NCBI GenBank assembly: GCA_046331705.1
Contig: JAXLQJ010000046.1
Coordinates: forward strand, 1 to 59,037
Length of the DNA stretch: 59,037 nt
Reading direction: 5' to 3'
Source of the DNA: a bacterium
GTDB taxonomy: Bacteria; JADJOY01
A model generated the notes under the pieces. It was not told the DNA's origin and searched no databases. It was given only the letters and a program-made list of their open reading frames with translations. This document shows positions 38,951-52,046 of the stretch, in pieces; position 1 is the first letter of the stretch, and every line of letters begins with the position of its first letter. A program made the position numbers and the translations under genes.

Positions 38951-40819
38951 TCAGCCCGCGAGTCGCTGCCGATCGGGATCGAGGAGGAAGTGCCGCGCCT
39001 CGCCCGTGGCACCGTGAAACACCAGCTCGCGAGCGAGCCCGTCGCCGCGCCCCGCGTCCGGGACCGTGACGCGGCCCGGGCCGAGGGCGAGCAGGCGTTG
39101 CACGGCGCCGAGGTCCGGGCGGCTGTTCGCGAAATCGTGGCCGAGCGAGATCAGATGAGCGCCCAGCGTGTTCACCGTCGCGACCAGCTCGGCGAGCTCG
39201 GCTGGGATGCCCTCGAACACGATCGCGTCGGGATCGCCGCCGAAGAGCCGCCCGCCCAGGAAAGCGCGAGCGAGGTTGGTCGCCAGGTTGTTGCGGATGC
39301 CGGGAGACGAACGATCGTTGAGCCAACGCTGCGCCGGCGAGAGCCAGCGGTTTCGCCCATAGGCCGTGTCCGGTGCCAGGCGCTGGCAATCGACCCAGCC
39401 GACGTTGGCGAGCAGCGGCGCGATGGCCGCCACCATCCACGCCTCCCCCGCGCCGCGGCGTAGCGCCTCCATGCCGCGCGCGTACGCCATCGCGCGGGTC
39501 GCGGCGCGATCGAAGCGCGCTCCGGGTGCGGCGCCGGCGGTCAGGAAGTCGACCTTCAGGATCTCGAAACCGTGGTCGACGAGGGCGCGAGCGGTGGCTT
39601 CCAGGTGCGCGGCGACCTCGGGGTGCGTGGTGTCGAGCGAGTACGTGGGGGTCGGTCTGCCGAAGCTCAGGATCATCGCCGTCTTGAGCGGGCGGCCGCG
39701 TGGATCGCGCACCAGCCAATCGGGGTGCGCGCGCGCCACGCGCGACTCGGCGGCCACCGCGAAGGGCGCGATCCACAGGCCCGGCGCGAAGCCCGCGTCG
39801 CGGATGTGGCGCGCCAGCGCCGCCAGACCGCTCGGGAGGCGGGGGCTCGAAGCGAGCCAGTCGCCGTGAGCGATCTGATAGCCGTCGTCCACGATGACGC
39901 TGTCCACGGGCGCGCGGCACGCGCGCAAGGCAGCGACGCGCTCGTGAATCCACCGCTCGTCGAGGCCGGTGTAGGCGCCCGCGTACCAGGTGGCCCACGC
40001 GACTCGTCGCTGGGCTGGCACGCGCGCGTCGTTGGCTTCGCCGACGCCATCGGCCCAGCGTTCGAGCAACGTCTCGGCGCGCTCGCCGGCACGGATCTCC
40101 ACGTCCTCGAGCACGAGCCGCTCGCCGGGCCCGAGCTCGGCGTCGTCGCCCCACTGGGTCACGGAGAGCGAGTCGTCGCCGGTGTCGAGAGTGAGCGTGG
40201 TGAAGAAGCGACGGAAGCCGAGGGCACCGACGAGCAACGCGGCACCACCGCGCGCGGCGGCGATGGCCAGCACGCCCTCGCTGGTGGTGCGGCCGCGCTG
40301 GGTGGGCGAGCGCGGGTGAGGATCGTGGGTCATCCACTCGAGCCAGCGCGGCAAGACGCGCCGCGGCACCCGCAGCTCGAGGGCGCGATCTCCGGTCTCG
40401 GCATCGATCCATCCGGCGGGCGCCGCGACCGACCAGCCGTTCGCCAGCACCCGTGCGCGACGCCAGCCGGTTGCGAGCCGCAGCCCGCCGCCCGAGGTCG
40501 GTACGGCTTCGATCGGCGTGATCCGCTCGAGCCGCAGCGATTCCGCCCCCCGGTTCTCGATCGAGCCGCACACGCGCACGGCATCGTCGGTTCGCGTGAG
40601 CTCGAGGGCGAGGGTCGCGCCGCTCAACGGCTCGGTGGCGCTCGCTCGCCAGCGCTGCTCGTCGACCCGTTCGATCCGCGCCGAGCGATGCCCGAGATCG
40701 AGCTGCATGCGCGACCCACCCAGCGTGAAGCCGAGGCGGCTGGTGAAACGGCACGAGCCGAGGTCGCCGGGGAAGCGAATCTCGAAGCGCCCCCCGCCCG
40801 AGTGCGCGAGCGCGATCAT
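38951..40819 (-). CDS. glycoside hydrolase family 36 (alpha-galactosidase-like)
   Basis: AWATWY, VIVDDGYQ, PGLWIAPF, LDTTHP, LKVDFL, DPD; ATGA overlap with pdxA. Confidence 0.85.
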   Translation of the reverse strand: MIALAHSGGGRFEIRFPGDLGSCRFTSRLGFTLGGSRMQLDLGHRSARIERVDEQRWRASATEPLSGATLALELTRTDDAVRVCGSIENRGAESLRLERITPIEAVPTSGGGLRLATGWRRARVLANGWSVAAPAGWIDAETGDRALELRVPRRVLPRWLEWMTHDPHPRSPTQRGRTTSEGVLAIAAARGGAALLVGALGFRRFFTTLTLDTGDDSLSVTQWGDDAELGPGERLVLEDVEIRAGERAETLLERWADGVGEANDARVPAQRRVAWATWYAGAYTGLDERWIHERVAALRACRAPVDSVIVDDGYQIAHGDWLASSPRLPSGLAALARHIRDAGFAPGLWIAPFAVAAESRVARAHPDWLVRDPRGRPLKTAMILSFGRPTPTYSLDTTHPEVAAHLEATARALVDHGFEILKVDFLTAGAAPGARFDRAATRAMAYARGMEALRRGAGEAWMVAAIAPLLANVGWVDCQRLAPDTAYGRNRWLSPAQRWLNDRSSPGIRNNLATNLARAFLGGRLFGGDPDAIVFEGIPAELAELVATVNTLGAHLISLGHDFANSRPDLGAVQRLLALGPGRVTVPDAGRGDGLARELVFHGATGEARHFLLDPDRQRLAG

Positions 40820-41856
40820 GCGCCGCGCGCTCGCCGCGCCAGCCGGGCGGCCATCGCGAGGGCCCGCTCCATGCTCTCCGCCGTCGCGATCGGCTTGCCG
40901 CGGCGCCGCTGTCCCGCCAGCTCGAACGCCGTGCCGTGATCGGGCGAGGTGCGGATCACCTCGACGCCCAGCGTGACGTTCACGCCCGTCTCGAATCCCG
41001 AGAGCTTGAGCGGAATCAGGCCTTGGTCGTGATAGAGCGCCACGACCGCGTCGAAGTCGCCGCGCACGGCGCGCACGAAGAGCGTGTCCGCTGCGAGCGG
41101 CCCTTCGATGCGCAGGCCCGCGCCCACGAGCTTCTCCACCACGGGCAGCAGCAGCTCCCGCTCCTCGTGCCCGATCGCGCCGCCGTCGCCGGCGTGGGGA
41201 TTGAGCGCCGCCAGCGCGAGCCGCGGCGCCGCGATGCCGAAGCGCGTGCGCAGCTCGCGTTCGGTGATCGTGAGCGTGCGCTCGACTCGCTCGGCCGTGA
41301 GCGCCGCCGGCACCTCCTTGAGCGCCAGATGGGTCGTGACCAGCGCCACGCGCAGGTGCTCGTTGGCGAGCATCATCACCGGTTCCGGCGCGCCGATTCG
41401 CTCGGCCAGCCATTCGGTGTGGCCGATGAAGCCGGCGATTCCGGCGGCCTGCACCTCGCCCTTGCTGAGGGGCGCGGTGACGATGGCGTCGACCTCGCCG
41501 GCGTGCGCGAGATCCACGGCACGCTCGAACCAGGCGAGCGCCGCGCGCGCACCCGCGGCGGTGGGCTTGCCGGGTGCGGGCAGCGCGCCCCGATCCGTCT
41601 CGAGCTCCAGGACCGCGAGCGAATCCGCCGCGAGCGTTCGCTGTCCGCGATAGCGCGTCACGCGCAGATCGGGCGCGATCTCACGCGCCAGGCGACGCAC
41701 GAGCGCGAGGTCGCCGACCACGATCGGCGTGATGGCGCCGTAGCGGCGGCGACGTTTCGGCGCTAGCGCGAGCACCGTCACTTCGGGACCGATCCCCGCC
41801 GGATCGCCGAGCGAGATCGCCAAACGGACCGGTTGCGGCGCGCGCGGCTTCGTCAT
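40816..41856 (-). CDS. pdxA: 4-hydroxythreonine-4-phosphate dehydrogenase
   Basis: GDPAGIGPEV, TAPLSK, GHTE, LNPHAG, YHDQGLIPLK, RTSPDHGTAF. Confidence 0.96.
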   Translation of the reverse strand: MTKPRAPQPVRLAISLGDPAGIGPEVTVLALAPKRRRRYGAITPIVVGDLALVRRLAREIAPDLRVTRYRGQRTLAADSLAVLELETDRGALPAPGKPTAAGARAALAWFERAVDLAHAGEVDAIVTAPLSKGEVQAAGIAGFIGHTEWLAERIGAPEPVMMLANEHLRVALVTTHLALKEVPAALTAERVERTLTITERELRTRFGIAAPRLALAALNPHAGDGGAIGHEERELLLPVVEKLVGAGLRIEGPLAADTLFVRAVRGDFDAVVALYHDQGLIPLKLSGFETGVNVTLGVEVIRTSPDHGTAFELAGQRRRGKPIATAESMERALAMAARLARRARGA

Positions 41857-41918
41857 GGCGCCCGGAGGCTACCGACCGCGACGCCGACGGACAACGCGAT
41901 CGTGTCCGCCTTCGATGT

Positions 41919-42115
41919 GAGTCGCCTTGGGGGGCGTGGGGCTGGAACCGCCCGACCTGATCGATGCGGGCTGGATCTCAGCGCGCCGTGGTCTCGACGC
42001 TCGTCGTCGCTCTCTGCGCGAGCCAGCGGCGAGCCGACGCGCGCAGCGCGTCGCCTTGGGAGTGGGCCCCACCGCGGCTTTGCCGCGGTGGGCGGGGGGC
42101 GGGAAAAGCCCCCCG
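41919..42115. repeat. diverged copy (about 1.3 units) of the 8686-9315 repeat family
   Basis: Shares GCGAGCCAGCGGCGAGCCGACGCGCG.AGCG.GTCGCCTTGGG.GTGGGCCCC..CGCGGCTTTGCCGCGG.GGGCGGGGG with the array; same orientation. Confidence 0.9.
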
Positions 42116-42121
42116 AGCAAC

Positions 42122-42583
42122 TCAGAACGGCACGTCGTCGTCCCCGCCGCCGGCGTCGCCGCCACCGCCCGGACCGAAATCGTCGTAACCGGCGGGACCC
42201 GAATCGAACCCACCGCCGCCACCACCACCTCCACCGCCCCGCGGTCCGCCCTCGCCGCCGCGATCGAGGAACTTGATGTTCAGCGCGACGATCTCGGTCG
42301 TGTAGCGCTTGGCCCCCGTCTTGTCTTGCCACTCCTGCGTTTGCAGGCGGCCTTCGACGAAGACCTGGCTTCCCTTCTTGAGGTAACGCTCGCAGTTGTC
42401 GGCGGTCTTGCCGAAGACCACGATGCGATGCCACTCGGTGCGCTTCTGGCGCTCGCCGCGCTGATCCGACCAAACCTCGTCGGTGGCGACGTTGAGCCGC
42501 ACCACCTTGCTGCCGCCGGCAGTCGCGCGTCCTTCCGGGTCGCGGCCGAGGCGCCCGATCAAGATCACTTTGTTGACCGTCAC
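42122..42583 (-). CDS. ssb: single-stranded DNA-binding protein
   Basis: [29 protein letters not shown], Gly-rich tail ending DDDVPF. Confidence 0.98.
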   Translation of the reverse strand: MTVNKVILIGRLGRDPEGRATAGGSKVVRLNVATDEVWSDQRGERQKRTEWHRIVVFGKTADNCERYLKKGSQVFVEGRLQTQEWQDKTGAKRYTTEIVALNIKFLDRGGEGGPRGGGGGGGGGGFDSGPAGYDDFGPGGGGDAGGGDDDVPF

Positions 42584-42655
42584 GTCATGCCCCCTTCGTG
42601 GAAGCGGCTGGTTTAGCAGGCTGCCGAGCAACTCACCAGGCGATCCGCGATCGGG

Positions 42656-43414
42656 CTACGGCCAGCCCAGCTCGGCGAGGCTCGCGTAGCCCTCCTCGCC
42701 GATCACCACGTGGTCGACCACGCGGATGCCGACCAGGTCGCCCACCTTGCGCAACCGCCGCGTGATCTCCAGATCCTCGGCGCTGGGCGTCGGGTCGCCG
42801 CTCGGATGATTGTGCACGAGCAAGACCGCCGCGGCGGACTCGCGAATCAGCGGCTCGAACACCTCCCGCGGATGGACCAGCGATGCAGTGAGCGAGCCCT
42901 GGCTCACGGTCCATTCGCGAAACGGCCGACCCTTGCCGTCCAACATCAGGCCGACGAAGACCTCGCGCTTCTCGAACATGAGCCGCTCGCGGTACGCCAG
43001 GTACACCTCGTGACCGGAGCGGAACCGAGCGCCCGGCACGCGCGTCTGACGCCCGACGCGGCGTGCCAGCTCGAGCGCGGCGAGGATTCGTGCCGCGCGC
43101 GCGGGGCCGAGTCCCGCCACGCGCGAGACCTCCCCCGCGCTCGAGCGCGCCAGCGCGCGCAGGTCGCCGAAGCGCACGAGTAGGGCGCGTGCCAGGTCCA
43201 CCGCGGAGCCGAGCCCGGCACCGCCGGTGCCGATCAGCACGGCGAGCAGCTCCGAGTCGGTGAGCGTCGTGGCGCCCCGATCGAGCAGCCGTTCGCGCGG
43301 CCGGTCCTCGCGCGGCCATTCGCCGATGGGCAGGGGGGGCGTCGGTCGTGACGACCGAGCGGTTGCCGGGACGCGAGCGCGTGCGGCCTGGGGGGCGGGC
43401 GCGGGATCGAGCAT
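42656..43414 (-). CDS. radC: RadC family JAB-domain protein
   Basis: DRPRERL, ELLAVLIGTG, VHPREVF, HNHPSGDPTPSAED, DHVVIG; start uncertain. Confidence 0.95.
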   Translation of the reverse strand: MLDPAPAPQAARARVPATARSSRPTPPLPIGEWPREDRPRERLLDRGATTLTDSELLAVLIGTGGAGLGSAVDLARALLVRFGDLRALARSSAGEVSRVAGLGPARAARILAALELARRVGRQTRVPGARFRSGHEVYLAYRERLMFEKREVFVGLMLDGKGRPFREWTVSQGSLTASLVHPREVFEPLIRESAAAVLLVHNHPSGDPTPSAEDLEITRRLRKVGDLVGIRVVDHVVIGEEGYASLAELGWP

Positions 43415-43621
43415 GGTTTTCACCTCCGTGCCCGACCATCGCAACGGCCATGCCGCGCGCCGGCGCGGGGACCGCCCTGCGATCCCTCGCGATTTCGTCG
43501 CGGGCACCGGTGGGCCGCGGCTGGTCCGCGTCCCGCGAGCCGCGCCGCCGCGCCCCGGCGGGCGCAGGCAAGCCGCCGCGGTGAAGTCGGCATCGCCGGC
43601 GGGGCGGGTGCCCGGGACACC

Positions 43622-43630
43622 TGGTATAAC
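43622..43630 (+). promoter_or_regulatory. putative extended -10 promoter for PBP1A
   Basis: TGGTATAAC about 90 bp upstream of ATG 43718, in otherwise GC-rich DNA. Confidence 0.35.
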
Positions 43631-43717
43631 CAGGCGCTCGGGAGCGGCCCGGGTGAAGTCGTCGCCAGCCGCTCACGCAGGCGCGCCGCCGAGCCAGCCC
43701 CGCACCGCGATCCCGCC

Positions 43718-46060
43718 ATGCGATTCTTCCGCAAGCTCCTGGTCGTGCTCGGGGTGTTCCTGTTCCTGACCACGCTGCTGAGCGCCATCGGGCTCTTCGC
43801 GCTCTACGGCTACGTGACCCGCGACCTGCCGAAGCTCATCAAGTTCGCCGACTATCGTCCGCCCGTGACCACCCGCGTGTACGCCGCGGACGGGTCGCTG
43901 CTCGGAGAGTTCTCGAAGGAGCACCGGCATTTCGTCACCCTCGACCAGATGCCGAAGGAGGTCGTGCAGGCATTCCTGGCAGCGGAAGACGCGGACTTCT
44001 ACAAGCACAAGGGCGTCGACCTGATGAGCATCGCGCGCGCGATGCTCGCGAACTTGAAGGCCGGCGAGGTGAAGCAGGGCGGTAGCACCATCACCCAGCA
44101 GGTGGTGAAGAGCTTGCTCTTGAGCCCCGAGCGCACCGTCGAGCGCAAGCTCAAGGAGTTCTGGCTCTCGTACCAGATCGAGAAGCGCCTCACCAAAGAC
44201 GAGATTCTCACGCTCTACCTGAATCAGATCTTCCTCGGGCACGGGGCCTACGGCGTGGGCGCCGCCTGGGAGTCCTACTTCGGCAAGCCGATCCAGGAGG
44301 CGACGTTGCTCGAGGCGAGCGTCATCGCCGGCTTGCCCAAGGCGCCCAGCCACTACAACCCGTTCCAGGATTTCGGCGCCGCCAAGCTCCGGCAGCGTTA
44401 CGTGCTCGATCAGATGGTCCGCAATGGCATGATCGCCGCGGACGAAGCCGAGAGCATCTACAAGCAGCCGGTGCCGCTCGCCCCCGCGAACGGACCGCCG
44501 ACCGCTTCTCCCGAGTTCCTCGAGCACGTGCGGCGCGCGCTCGTGGATCATTACGGCAACGACACGGTCCTCGAGCAGGGCCTGAGCGTCTACACGACGC
44601 TCGATCCCGCGTTCGAGTCGGCCGCGCGCGCGGCGGTACGCGAGGGGCTCGAATCCCTCGACAAGCACATGGGCTACCGCGGCGCGATCGAGCGGCTCAG
44701 CTGGGAGCGCGTCCCGGCGATGCTCGACAAGCTCAAGAGCCAGCCGGTCGAGATCGGCACGCGCATCAAGGGCATCGTCAAGAAGGTCGACGACGCCGCG
44801 GGCAAGGTGTGGGTGGATCTCGGGCCGACCGAGGGCGTGATCACGACCGAGCGCATGTCGTGGGCGCGGCCGCCCGACCCGGAGGTGGATTATCGGAATC
44901 GATCGCTTCGCCGCCCGTCGCAGGCGCTCGGCGTGGGCGACCTGATCTGGGTGCGGCCGACCGGTGAGATCGTCGAGGGCAAGCCCGTGGACCTCGATCT
45001 CGAACAGGTCCCGGAGGTCCAGGGCGCCCTGCTCGCGATCGATCCCGAGACCCGCGAGGTCAAGGCGATGGTGGCGGGCTACGACCCCGCCACCAGCCAG
45101 TTCAACCGGGCGATCCAGGCGCGTCGCCAGCCAGGCAGCGCGTTCAAGCCGGTGATCTACGCCACCGCGCTCGAGAACGGATTCACCCCCGCGACCATCG
45201 TGGTCGATGCACCGCTCGACGAGAGCGGCGAGTTCCGCTCGTTCGCCCAGGGCCCGTGGCGACCGCAGAACTACGATGGCGAGTTCAAGGGTCCCATGAC
45301 CGTGCGCGCCGCGCTCAAGGACTCGCGCAACATCCCCGCCATCAAGGTGCTCCGGCAGGTGGGACTCAAGAAGATGCACGCGATGGCCGCGCGGCTCGGC
45401 TTCGAGAGCCCCATGGTGGACAACCTGACGGCGGCGCTCGGCTCGGCCGACGTGACGCTCATCGAGGTGGTGAACGCCTACACCACGTTCGTGGCGGGCG
45501 GGGTGTACGCGAAGCCGCTCTTCATCAAGAAGGTCGAGGATCGCGACGGCAAGACGCTCGAGTACAACCAGGCGGAGGCGCGGCAGGCGATGAGCCCGTC
45601 GGTCGCGTACCTGATGACGTACCTGCTCACGCAGGTCATCCAGGACGGCACCGGCAAAGCGGCGCTCAGGCTGGGCCGCCCCGCGGCCGGCAAGACCGGC
45701 ACCACCAACGACTACACCGACGCTTGGTTCGTGGGCTACACACCGGACGTGGTGTGTGGCGTGTGGACTGGTCTCGACGACCACCACACCCTCGGCAGAG
45801 GCGAGACCGGCGGCAATGCGGCGCTGCCGATCTGGCTGCCCTTCATGCAAACCGTGCACGAGGGCAAGCCGGTGCGGCCGTTCAAGGTCCCCGGTGGTGT
45901 CACGCTGGCGCGCGTGGACGACTCGACGGGCATGCTCGCCGGGCCCGAATCGGAGGGGCGCGTCCTCGACATGCCGTTCGTCGCGGGCACCGAGCCCGCC
46001 GAGCGCCCGCCACTCGACAGCATCGGCGCCGAGACGCCCGACTTCTTCCGCCTCGACTGA
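43718..46060 (+). CDS. mrcA: class A penicillin-binding protein (PBP1A family)
   Basis: N-terminal TM, AEDADFYKHKGVD, GGSTITQQ, RKLKE, QPGSAFK (SxxK), SRN, GKTGTTN. Confidence 0.95.
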   Translation: MRFFRKLLVVLGVFLFLTTLLSAIGLFALYGYVTRDLPKLIKFADYRPPVTTRVYAADGSLLGEFSKEHRHFVTLDQMPKEVVQAFLAAEDADFYKHKGVDLMSIARAMLANLKAGEVKQGGSTITQQVVKSLLLSPERTVERKLKEFWLSYQIEKRLTKDEILTLYLNQIFLGHGAYGVGAAWESYFGKPIQEATLLEASVIAGLPKAPSHYNPFQDFGAAKLRQRYVLDQMVRNGMIAADEAESIYKQPVPLAPANGPPTASPEFLEHVRRALVDHYGNDTVLEQGLSVYTTLDPAFESAARAAVREGLESLDKHMGYRGAIERLSWERVPAMLDKLKSQPVEIGTRIKGIVKKVDDAAGKVWVDLGPTEGVITTERMSWARPPDPEVDYRNRSLRRPSQALGVGDLIWVRPTGEIVEGKPVDLDLEQVPEVQGALLAIDPETREVKAMVAGYDPATSQFNRAIQARRQPGSAFKPVIYATALENGFTPATIVVDAPLDESGEFRSFAQGPWRPQNYDGEFKGPMTVRAALKDSRNIPAIKVLRQVGLKKMHAMAARLGFESPMVDNLTAALGSADVTLIEVVNAYTTFVAGGVYAKPLFIKKVEDRDGKTLEYNQAEARQAMSPSVAYLMTYLLTQVIQDGTGKAALRLGRPAAGKTGTTNDYTDAWFVGYTPDVVCGVWTGLDDHHTLGRGETGGNAALPIWLPFMQTVHEGKPVRPFKVPGGVTLARVDDSTGMLAGPESEGRVLDMPFVAGTEPAERPPLDSIGAETPDFFRLD

Positions 46061-46258
46061 TCGACTGCCCGTTCGTGTGTCGAACGCGCGCTGCGCGCGC
46101 GGAGCGCGGTCCCTCGCCACGACGCCGGCGCCGGAGTCGTGAACCGTCGAACCGCCGCCGGTGCCAAGCGATTCGGGCCGCGTGGGCAGCGCGGCTGCCG
46201 AAAACGCGGCGCGCGCTCGCTACACTGCGCGCGTCGCGCATCGCAGCGGGAGGTGGGC

Positions 46259-47299
<1,041 letters not shown>

Positions 47300-47366
47300 G
47301 CAGTCTCGGTGCGGCGCGGTAATCTCGATCGCGAGTCGCGACGCAACGTTTCGCAATCGAGGTCCG

Positions 47367-47735
47367 ATGTTCGGTATTGGTACACCCGAGCTGCTCTTGA
47401 TCCTGGTCGTGGCCCTGATCTTCCTGGGGCCGCGCCGTCTGCCCGAGGTGGGCAAGGCGCTCGGCAAGGCGCTCGGCGAGCTCCGGCGCGCCAGCAACGA
47501 CCTGCGCGACTCGATCGAGCTCGAGACGCGGCGCTCGGAGCAGGCGGAGCGCGCCAACGCCGCGCGCGCGGCCATGCGCGAAGCACCGGTCGATCCAGCT
47601 CGCGCCGCGGCGGCTCCCGGCCCGGTCGTCTCCGACCCCGCTCCTCCCATCCAGACGATAACCCCTCAGGAGTCGAGGCCCCGTGGCGAGCCCGATCGCG
47701 AAGCTCCGGGAGATCCGAACGCCGCGGGATCCTAA
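47367..47735 (+). CDS. tatB: twin-arginine translocase TatA/TatB subunit
   Basis: MFGIGTPELLLILVVALIFLGPRRLPE; precedes tatC. Confidence 0.85.
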   Translation: MFGIGTPELLLILVVALIFLGPRRLPEVGKALGKALGELRRASNDLRDSIELETRRSEQAERANAARAAMREAPVDPARAAAAPGPVVSDPAPPIQTITPQESRPRGEPDREAPGDPNAAGS

Positions 47736-48494
47736 TCCCGAGCGGCTGATGCCGTTCACGGATCACCTCGAGGAGCTCAGGACTCGGCTGATTCGCGCGC
47801 TCCTCGGCTTGGCCGTGGGCTTCGCGATCTGTCTGCCGTTCCAGCGGCAGATCTTCCATCTGCTGATGCGGCCGCTGCTCGTCGCGCTCGGCAACGAGCC
47901 GATGATCGCGCTGGGCGTCGCCGATCTCTTCTGGACGTACCTGAAGGTGGCGCTGCTCGGTGGCCTGTTCCTCGCCTCGCCGTGGGTCTTCTACCAGCTC
48001 TGGGCCTTCCTCGCGCCCGGCCTGCACTCCCACGAGAAGAAGCTGGCGGTGCCGTTCATCGTCTCGACCACGTTCTTCTTCGTGGCTGGCGCCGCCTTCG
48101 GCTACTTCATGCTGATGCCCGTGGCGTTCGCCTATCTGCTGAGCTTCAGCGACGAGTACGTGCGTGCGACGCTCGACGTGCAGCGCAATTTCGGGTTTGC
48201 GTTGCAGCTTCTGATCGTGTTCGGATTGGTGTTCGAGCTGCCCGTCATCCTCACGCTGCTCGCGAAGCTGGGGATCGTGGACGCGGCGAAGCTGAGGCGG
48301 TTCCGCCGCTACTGGGTGGTGGTGGCGTTCGTCATCGGCGCGATCGCGACCCCCACGCCCGACGCCGTGACCCAGACGTTCGCGTCGCTGCCGCTGATCG
48401 TGCTCTACGAGGTGGGCATCTGGTCGGCGGGAGTGTTCGGGCGTAAGCCGTTGGACCTCGCGGTGGATGCCGCGCCGAACGAGACTCCGGGCGC

Positions 48495-48498
<4 letters not shown>
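47683..48498 (+). CDS. tatC: twin-arginine translocase TatC
   Basis: HLEELRTRL, YQLWAFLAPGL..EKK, FELPV, TPTPD, LYEVGI; alternative start at 47749. Confidence 0.96.
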
Positions 48499-51038
<2,540 letters not shown>

Positions 51039-51102
51039 GCGTGTTCGGGCCGAGGGAGCGCGTCGCTGCGCGCGCTCGCCGGTCGGCCGAGCGTGACGGA
51101 CG

Positions 51103-52023
51103 TCAGCGCGCCTTGGCGGCGCGCGCGGACCACGGGCCGGGGAAGCGCCAGCGCTCGGGGTCGCTGCCTTGGCGGCGTCGCAGGTCGCGGATGCCGCGCT
51201 CGACCGAGGCCCGCACCCGATCGCGCAGCGCGCTGCACGCGTCGTCGTCCTGCCAGGCACCGCGGTAACGCGTCGTCGCAATCGGACGCTGGAACTGGAA
51301 ATAGAGACGCTCGGGGCGCGGGATCGGTGTTGGTCCGATGCCGCGCACCAGCGGGAAGAGCATCTCTTCGATCGGCAACCTCGTCCGCGCCAGCAGCTTG
51401 CCGAGCGGCGAGCGCAGCACCAGGTTGGCGTCGGCGACGATGTCCCACGCGTCCTCGGCGCCGACTGCGGCGAACGGGATGATCGGCACCCGGTGACGGA
51501 TCGCCATGCGCGCGAAGCCGAGGCGGTTCTTCCACAACAGCTGGTAGCGTTCACCGCGGCGCTTGGCGACCTCGCGCCCTCCGCCCGGGAAGACCAGCAC
51601 GAACTCGCCAGCGTCGAAGAGCCGTGCGCAGTTCTCGCGGGTGCCTTCGACGGCGCCGAAGCGGCTCAGGAAGTCGCGCCACACCGGGATGCGGAAATGC
51701 GCGTGATGGCCGAGCGAGCGCGGCAGGATGCGGCGCGACTCCCAGAGTCCGAGGAAGAGCAGCGGCAGGTCGTAGACGCCCAGGATCGTATGGTTGCCGA
51801 CCAGCAGCGCCGGACCGCTCGTGGGCACGTGCTCGACGCCCAGCAGCAGCGGATGGGTGTACCAGGCGAGTGGTCGAAAGAGCTTGGCGAGGCGGCCGAT
51901 CTCGCGCGCCGAGGGCGCCGACCAGGCGGCTGGCGCGAGCGGCGGGCTCGCGGCGGGATGCGCGTTCGCGGCGGCGACGCGGGAGCCCGAGCGAGCGCGA
52001 TCGCGAGAGCGGAGAATCGGCAT
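51103..52023 (-). CDS. lysophospholipid/diacylglycerol acyltransferase family protein
   Basis: GPALLVGNHT (Hx5D), LVFPGGGREV, GFARMA..PIIPFAAVG. Confidence 0.88.
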   Translation of the reverse strand: MPILRSRDRARSGSRVAAANAHPAASPPLAPAAWSAPSAREIGRLAKLFRPLAWYTHPLLLGVEHVPTSGPALLVGNHTILGVYDLPLLFLGLWESRRILPRSLGHHAHFRIPVWRDFLSRFGAVEGTRENCARLFDAGEFVLVFPGGGREVAKRRGERYQLLWKNRLGFARMAIRHRVPIIPFAAVGAEDAWDIVADANLVLRSPLGKLLARTRLPIEEMLFPLVRGIGPTPIPRPERLYFQFQRPIATTRYRGAWQDDDACSALRDRVRASVERGIRDLRRRQGSDPERWRFPGPWSARAAKAR

Positions 52024-52046
52024 GGCGGGTCGGCGCGCCGGCGTGC

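Noticed and set aside
42656-43414. radC as a marker of a mobile element or anti-restriction module
   Set aside because: It is the full-length chromosomal type, sitting among ssb, pdxA and PBP1A with no mobility genes.
46061-46258. Hairpin-rich intergenic region before the deacetylase as a riboswitch
   Set aside because: The stems are plausible by chance at this GC content and I recognise no aptamer motif.
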